Source of the DNA: a bacterium
Lineage (GTDB): Bacteria; Desulfobacterota; DSWW01
Reading direction: 5' to 3'
Assembly: GCA_040756235.1 (NCBI GenBank)
Contig: JBFLZG010000106.1
Coordinates: 1-58,506 of the forward strand
Length of the DNA: 58,506 bases
Below are positions 53,079 to 58,506 of this stretch, in pieces. The translations under genes and the position numbers were made by a program. The notes under the pieces were generated by a model. The model saw nothing but the letters and a program-made list of their open reading frames with translations. It had not been told where the DNA came from and ran no database searches. How positions within the stretch are numbered: the first letter of the stretch is position 1; each line of letters opens with the position of its first letter.

Positions 53079-54350
53079 ATGAGAAGAGGCCGTTGGCTCG
53101 GCACCGATGCCCTCTCCCTGTCCAAGACGCTGCCGTTTCTCTTTTGTGCGGCTGTGACGGCCCTCATCCTCCTGCTCGAGCAGGGCTCGCCGGCAGCCTG
53201 GAAGACGGTCAAAGGCTATCTGCTGTCGCGCCCGATCTTCTTCCACTCTCTTGTCGTCTACCTGATGGCCCTGCTGCTGGCGCTCTTTACCTACCGCAGC
53301 CTCTACAACTTCAAGATCCTCCTGGCCGGCTTCTTCTTCCTCATGAACGGTGTCTTCGGGCTGCTGTTCTTCACCGGAATGCCCTTGCCGTCCGGGGGCG
53401 CGATTCAGCTTCCCCGCGCGGAAGGGCTCCGGCAATTGCTGTATCTCCTGTACAGCCTGGACCTGCTGCTGGTCGCTGCGGTCCCTTCCTACCTGCCGCG
53501 AACGCTCACCCGCACGCTGCTGGTGCTCTCGATTCTCGTTCAGGGGGCGCTCCTGGCGGCGGCGATCTCGAGCCCGAGCGGTTTCGCGACTCTCATGCAG
53601 AGCCATGCGGGTCTGCTCTCGAGGAGACCGCTGCTTCTTTTCTGGTCGCTGAACGTCGCGGTCGCTCTCATCTCTCTGGCCTTGTCCTCCCGGCGCCGCG
53701 ACCCTTACGGGTGGGCCGCGGCCGGTTTCATCGTGCTCCTCTCGGCGGCGCTTTCGGCGCCGGGCAGGGACACCGAGCGGCTTCTGCTGCTCTCCATTCC
53801 GTTCGTGCTGTCCCTGCTGGTGCTGGCCAATCTGACGATCAGCCTCTCCCATCGGGCCAACTACGACCCCCTCATGAACATCTACAACAGGGGATTCTGC
53901 AACAACCTCCTGCAAGGCCGGGGAAGGCCGCTGGGCAAGAAGTTCGCAGTCGCGCTGTTTGACCTCGACCACTTCAAGAAGGTGAACGACCGTTACGGGC
54001 ACAGGACCGGAGACGTCGTCCTTCATTGGGTGGCCCAGCGGGTCCGGGAAAAAGCCCTGCCCCGAGGCATCACCTGCCGGTACGGCGGCGAAGAGATCAT
54101 CGTCATCTTTCCGGACACCTCGCTGGCGTACGCGGAGCGTGTGGCCCGCGAAGTCGTCGCCTGGGTGGCCCAGACCCCGGTTCCGATCGCCCGCGGGAAG
54201 GGCAAGACCCATTTGCGCGTGACGGTGAGCGGCGGAATCGCCGGGGGCGAGGCGGGAAGGCGCAGCGGGACGGCTCTCGTGGAAGCCGCGGATCGCGCCC
54301 TGTACCGCTCCAAGCGCCTGGGTCGGAACCGGCTGAGCGTGGTGCGCTGA
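53079..54350 (+). CDS. Multi-pass membrane diguanylate cyclase
   Basis: Several TM helices; DPLMNIYNR, DLDHFKKVNDRYGH, RYGGEEI, ADRALYRSK. Confidence 0.88.
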   Translation: MRRGRWLGTDALSLSKTLPFLFCAAVTALILLLEQGSPAAWKTVKGYLLSRPIFFHSLVVYLMALLLALFTYRSLYNFKILLAGFFFLMNGVFGLLFFTGMPLPSGGAIQLPRAEGLRQLLYLLYSLDLLLVAAVPSYLPRTLTRTLLVLSILVQGALLAAAISSPSGFATLMQSHAGLLSRRPLLLFWSLNVAVALISLALSSRRRDPYGWAAAGFIVLLSAALSAPGRDTERLLLLSIPFVLSLLVLANLTISLSHRANYDPLMNIYNRGFCNNLLQGRGRPLGKKFAVALFDLDHFKKVNDRYGHRTGDVVLHWVAQRVREKALPRGITCRYGGEEIIVIFPDTSLAYAERVAREVVAWVAQTPVPIARGKGKTHLRVTVSGGIAGGEAGRRSGTALVEAADRALYRSKRLGRNRLSVVR

Positions 54351-54374
54351 GTGCGCGCGGTGTGGGCACGCGGG

Positions 54375-54861
54375 AGGGTGGACAAAGCCGCAAGGCGTGT
54401 CCACCAACCACGGCTGCTGAATTGCGAGCGTAGCGATCCGAAGTGCGGTGGGTGCACCGCCCTCGACCGCCTCGGGCTCAGAACGCTCCGGCCCTTCTCC
54501 TCCCAAGGGTCGGAGACTACGGCCCTGCGGGCGGGTCGACGTTTTCGTCCCTCGTTCCGGGCCGGGTGTAACGTGGCACATCGCCTGCCGGGCGCGGTAT
54601 GGAGAGAGACAGCGCTGCGTTCCACCGGCCCGTCGGAACTCGGGACGGCCCTCGCGACTCGCCCTCGGCTCCTCAGGCGCACACCCACCGCACTCCTCGC
54701 GGGATTCCGGCGCGTCGCCGTGCGCCAGAGCACGTCGATCTCGGAGCGAGCGGCGTGAGCACTCGGTAGGGTGGACAAAGCTGCAAGGCGTGTCCACCAC
54801 AGACGGACGCCCCGGAGGCTGGTGCACCCCGGCAGGGTGGACAAGCCGCAGGCGTGCCCTC
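54375..54861. repeat. Three GTAG-type REP copies (54375-54405, 54766-54798, 54832-54861)
   Basis: (GT)AGGGTGGACAAAGCYGCAAGGCGTGTCCACC. Confidence 0.8.
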
Positions 54862-54872
54862 CAAGACGCGGC

Positions 54873-56231
54873 TCAGCTGAGCCAGATGTAGCGGGCGAGC
54901 AGTACTGCTGCCAGCAGATACATCCCCCAGTGCACCTCCCGACCCTTGCCGCTGGCGGCCTTGAGAGCCGCGTGTGCGATGAAGCCGAAGGCGATCCCGT
55001 CCGTGATGCTGAAGGTCAGCGGCATGATGATCAACGTGAGAAAGGCCGGCACCGCCTCGGTGAGATCCGTCCAGAGGATCCTGGAGACGCTCTTCACCAT
55101 GAGGGAGCCCACGATGATCAGTGCCGGCGCGGCGACCGGGTAGAGGTGGAGGCTCTCGGTGCGGCCGGCGACCGTCTGCTGCCAGGAGATGCCGCCGCCG
55201 ATGGCGGAGACCAGGGGATGGAAGAACAGGGCGGCCAGAAACAGGAGCGCCGTAACGAGAGAGGCCAGACCGGTGCGGGCGCCGCTGGAAACGCCGGTTG
55301 CGCTTTCGATATAGCTCGTCACGGTCGACGTTCCGAGGAGGGCGCCGGCGGCCGTCCCCAGCGCGTCCGCCAGGAACGCCTGCCGAGCGCGCGGGAGCTT
55401 GCCGTCGACCATGAGGCCGGCCTCCGTGGCCACGCCGACCAGCGTGCCGACCGTATCGAACAGGGCGAGAAGGAGGAAAACGAAGACGACCTCGATCATG
55501 CCGGGTGAAAGGACGCCCGCGAGATCGAGCTTGAGAAAAGTCGGCTCGATCGAGGGGGGCATGGCAACGATCCCCTGGAACCGGATGAGGCCGGTCAGGG
55601 CGGCCACAGCGCACATGACGAGCATGCCGATCAGGATCGCCCCCTTGAACTCTCGAGCCATGAGGACGGCGATGAGCAGGACCCCGCCGATCGACAGCAG
55701 GACCGGTGGGGACGAAAGCCTTCCCAACTGGACGTAAGTGGCTGACGAAGGGACCACGATGCCGCTCCACTCCAGCCCGATCACGGTGATGAGCAGCCCG
55801 ATGCCGACGGCGATCGCGTGCTGCAGCGAGGGCGGGATCACCTCGATGATCCGCTCCCGCACCCCCCAGCGGGAGATCAGTGCGAAGATCATTCCGGCGA
55901 CGAAGACGCCGGCCAGCGCAACCTGCCAGGAAATCCTGCCCTGACTGGCCAGGACGACGGCAAAGGTGAAGTAGGCGTTGTGGCCCATGGCCGGGGCGAT
56001 GCCGATCGGATAGTTGGCCCAGAATGCCATGATCAGGGTGGCCAGGCAGCTGGAGAGGCAGGTGGCCACCATCACGGCGCCGAAATCCATGCCCGCGTTC
56101 TGCAGCATCGCAGGCTGCACGGCGATGATGTAGGACATGGCCATGAAGGTCGTGATCCCGCCGATCACTTCGAGGCGGAAGCTGGAGCGGCTTGCGCTCA
56201 CCTGGAACAGCTGGTCGAGACGGTTGCTCAT
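54873..56231 (-). CDS. NCS2 (AzgA-type) purine permease
   Basis: GITTFMAMSYII, APAMGHNAYF, FDTVGT, SYIESATG, GARTGL. Confidence 0.92.
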   Translation of the reverse strand: MSNRLDQLFQVSASRSSFRLEVIGGITTFMAMSYIIAVQPAMLQNAGMDFGAVMVATCLSSCLATLIMAFWANYPIGIAPAMGHNAYFTFAVVLASQGRISWQVALAGVFVAGMIFALISRWGVRERIIEVIPPSLQHAIAVGIGLLITVIGLEWSGIVVPSSATYVQLGRLSSPPVLLSIGGVLLIAVLMAREFKGAILIGMLVMCAVAALTGLIRFQGIVAMPPSIEPTFLKLDLAGVLSPGMIEVVFVFLLLALFDTVGTLVGVATEAGLMVDGKLPRARQAFLADALGTAAGALLGTSTVTSYIESATGVSSGARTGLASLVTALLFLAALFFHPLVSAIGGGISWQQTVAGRTESLHLYPVAAPALIIVGSLMVKSVSRILWTDLTEAVPAFLTLIIMPLTFSITDGIAFGFIAHAALKAASGKGREVHWGMYLLAAVLLARYIWLS

Positions 56232-56724
56232 CGCATTCCCCGTGCCGGAGGTCGTGAGGACGAATAACCGAGTCGCTTCCACAGGAGGTTGGAGGGAAAG
56301 CGGGAACCTGCAAGAAAGGTCACCCGCGACGGCTGCGGTATGCTAGCACAGGTTTCTTCCCGATGACACCCCGTTTCGGCCGCTCGCAGGCTGGCGCTTG
56401 CGGGCCCACGGACCGCCTCCGTCACGCGTCGTGTGAACGACCGCGCACAGTCCCGATGCGACCAGAAGCATCACCTGAAATGCGGTGAAAAACAGGCCGT
56501 TTGACCTGGACCGGCGATCAGCGGCGCGCACCGACCGTGAGATTTCCTGACAAATCGAACTGCAGCCTCACCGCATGGGAAGGTGCGGGCTGCGGCCGCG
56601 AAGCCGGCCCCGGGGAACGCTTTTCACGAGGAAAGCAGAGCGCCAGGGCGCGCTGCCCGGGCGCGGCATGGAAGTTGTACATCCGCCTCTACGCCCGTCC
56701 GTGAGACTCCTTCTCGAGGTTCCC

Positions 56725-58146
56725 ATGCGGCCCAGCAGTTTCTGCATCGTCGTAGCGCTCCCCGGCGAAGAGCGGTCGCTGCTCTTCCACGGGTATTCGG
56801 GAGCCGTGGACCTGGTTCACCCGCGGGTCGTGGAGCTGCTGCGTGACCCGACCGGCGACGTGGCCGCAGGCGACGGCGGAATCTCGCAGGAGGCCCTCGA
56901 TCTGCTCCGCAGGCGCGGTTATCTCACGGAATGGGCGCGTGACGAAGAACGGGCGTACGTGAGGGAGTTGGGCGAACGGGTCCACAAAGTCAGCCGCAGG
57001 CACGCGCCGGGCGGCTTTCTCCTCATTCCCACCTACTCGTGCAACCTGCGCTGCTCCTACTGCTACGAGCAGTCCCTGCGAAGCCACGGCCGGGCTTGGC
57101 TCGAGGAGCGCATGGACCGCCTGAGGGTCGACGCGGCTTTCGCAGCGATGGACCGGATCGATCCGGTGTCGAAAACCGGGAGGTCCCTGGGGCTCTATGG
57201 CGGAGAGCCGCTGCAGAGGGCCAACCGCGAGATCGTCGAGTATGTCATGGAGAGCGCCTCGAGCAGAGGCTTCACGGCGTTTTCCGCGATCACCAACGGG
57301 GTGGATCTGGACGGCTATCTCGACCTGCTCGGTCCCGGGCGGATTCGTTTCCTTCAGGTCACCTTGGACGGGCCTCCGGAGATCCACGACCGGAGGCGGG
57401 TCCTCGCGGACGGAAGCGGCACGTTTCATCGGATCGGCCGGAACGTCACCCGCGCGCTGGAGACGGGGGCGCGGGTATCGGTGCGCATCAACGTGGATCC
57501 GAGCAATCTCGAAGGGCTCGCGCGGCTGCGCGAGTTCGTGGTCGCTCAGGGCTGGCCGGAGCGGAGCAACTTCCGCGCGTACTGCTCGCCGGTGCACGGC
57601 AGGCTGGAAGACGCACGCGCGGTCTCGAGCTTCGAGTCGTTTGCGGGCCACATCGCCATGCAGGAGGCGATCGAGCAGGTCGACCCTGGTGGAGACGGCC
57701 CTCTGGAGCGCTGCGCCGTGACGAGCAGCCTGTCCAGAACGCTGCTGGCCCATCTTCGGAACCGCGGACTGCCCCGATGGAAGACCGGTTTTTGCGGGAG
57801 CAACCTGGCCATGTACCTGTTCGACCCGCATGGGGACATCTACCCCTGCTGGGAAGTCGTAGGCCATCGGCAGCACCGGATCGGCTGGTACCGAAACGGG
57901 GCGGCCGTGTGGGTCGACCGGGAAGAGGCCGGGAAGTGGCACGAGCGCTCGGTGGTGCGCGTGCAAGGTTGCCTCGACTGCGCCTATCTCTTCTTTTGCG
58001 GCGGCGGGTGCGAATCGGCGGCGTACCAGAAGAAGGGATCCCTCGACCGGCCCGACTGCTCGGATTTTCCCGAGATTTTTCGGCGCGCCGCGGTCCTGGC
58101 CTATCGCGAGCACGTGCGGGGGCCGGAAGCGGCGGCCGCGGCCTAG
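56725..58146 (+). CDS. Radical SAM/SPASM domain protein, probable peptide maturase
   Basis: CNLRCSYC, YGGEP, ITNG, TLDG; SPASM GDIYPC...CLDC...CGGGC...C. Confidence 0.88.
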   Translation: MRPSSFCIVVALPGEERSLLFHGYSGAVDLVHPRVVELLRDPTGDVAAGDGGISQEALDLLRRRGYLTEWARDEERAYVRELGERVHKVSRRHAPGGFLLIPTYSCNLRCSYCYEQSLRSHGRAWLEERMDRLRVDAAFAAMDRIDPVSKTGRSLGLYGGEPLQRANREIVEYVMESASSRGFTAFSAITNGVDLDGYLDLLGPGRIRFLQVTLDGPPEIHDRRRVLADGSGTFHRIGRNVTRALETGARVSVRINVDPSNLEGLARLREFVVAQGWPERSNFRAYCSPVHGRLEDARAVSSFESFAGHIAMQEAIEQVDPGGDGPLERCAVTSSLSRTLLAHLRNRGLPRWKTGFCGSNLAMYLFDPHGDIYPCWEVVGHRQHRIGWYRNGAAVWVDREEAGKWHERSVVRVQGCLDCAYLFFCGGGCESAAYQKKGSLDRPDCSDFPEIFRRAAVLAYREHVRGPEAAAAA

Positions 58147-58319
58147 GAGGCTGTCCATACATGCCCATCTGCGAAGCATGCTGCGAGCAAAGCGAAGCAA
58201 TCCCCCGAAACAGGACTGCGGCAAGCCCTGGTGACAGGGGTTTCCTCGTCGCTCAGGCTCCTCGGAACAGGCCTCAGGATTGCGCGCGCCCTGCATCTGG
58301 ATATTTCTGAACGGCCTCC
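58146..58319. repeat. Repeat family B copy with nested family C
   Basis: GGAGGCTGTCCA...CCCATCTGC ... TGCATCTGGATATTTCTGAACGGCCTCC. Confidence 0.75.
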
Positions 58320-58410
58320 CGGAGCCGAATTCCTGGACAGGCTCCTAGCCCTGCCCTTTACCCATAAGTCGGGGGCCACCAGAGGGAAGAGTGAAATCCG
58401 GCTCTTTTCG

Positions 58411-58506
58411 GTCATTCCGGCGCAGGCCGGAATCCAGTCCTTGCACCCCGTGATTTGCAGGGACGACCGGCCGGGCGCCGCTACTTGGCGCAGACTTCTG
58501 GATCCC
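58411..58506. repeat. Repeat family A copy, truncated by the window edge
   Basis: GTCATTCCGGCGCAGGCCGGAATCCAG...CTGGATCCC. Confidence 0.85.

Noticed and set aside
56232..56360. Purine riboswitch upstream of the NCS2 permease
   Set aside because: Conserved aptamer nucleotides not found on the minus strand
56363..56488. 41-aa ORF (MTPRFGRSQAGACG...) as the SPASM precursor
   Set aside because: No RBS, Arg/Pro-rich composition typical of non-coding GC-rich DNA, no leader/core pattern

Overview
GC-rich bacterial chromosomal segment whose gene content suggests a Deltaproteobacteria-like lineage (inference). The left part (1-28 kb) is accessory. It holds a sulfate-activation-like operon (two AlkP-superfamily phosphodiesterases and a divergent CysC, interrupted by a small TA-like pair) transcribed divergently from a Wza-type exporter. 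Next comes a seven-gene Agl-Glt core-like operon (two large TPR proteins, GltF-like, one ExbB, two ExbD, GltG/AgmX TonB-like). Then a two-component pair in which BOTH phospho-acceptor residues are replaced (kinase His->Asp, receiver Asp->Glu), an Xis-like HTH gene, and lipid/acyl-CoA enzymes. The right part is mostly housekeeping (nadB, pgsA, rnc, era, der, guaBA, dnaE, tRNA-Val, thrS-infC-rpmI-rplT-pheST-ihfA-merR), ending with a GGDEF protein, an NCS2 permease and an orphan radical SAM/SPASM enzyme. Intergenic spaces carry several families of palindromic repeats that nest inside one another and show arm covariation. No CRISPR array, transposase or rRNA was seen. All family assignments come from motif recognition without database searches.
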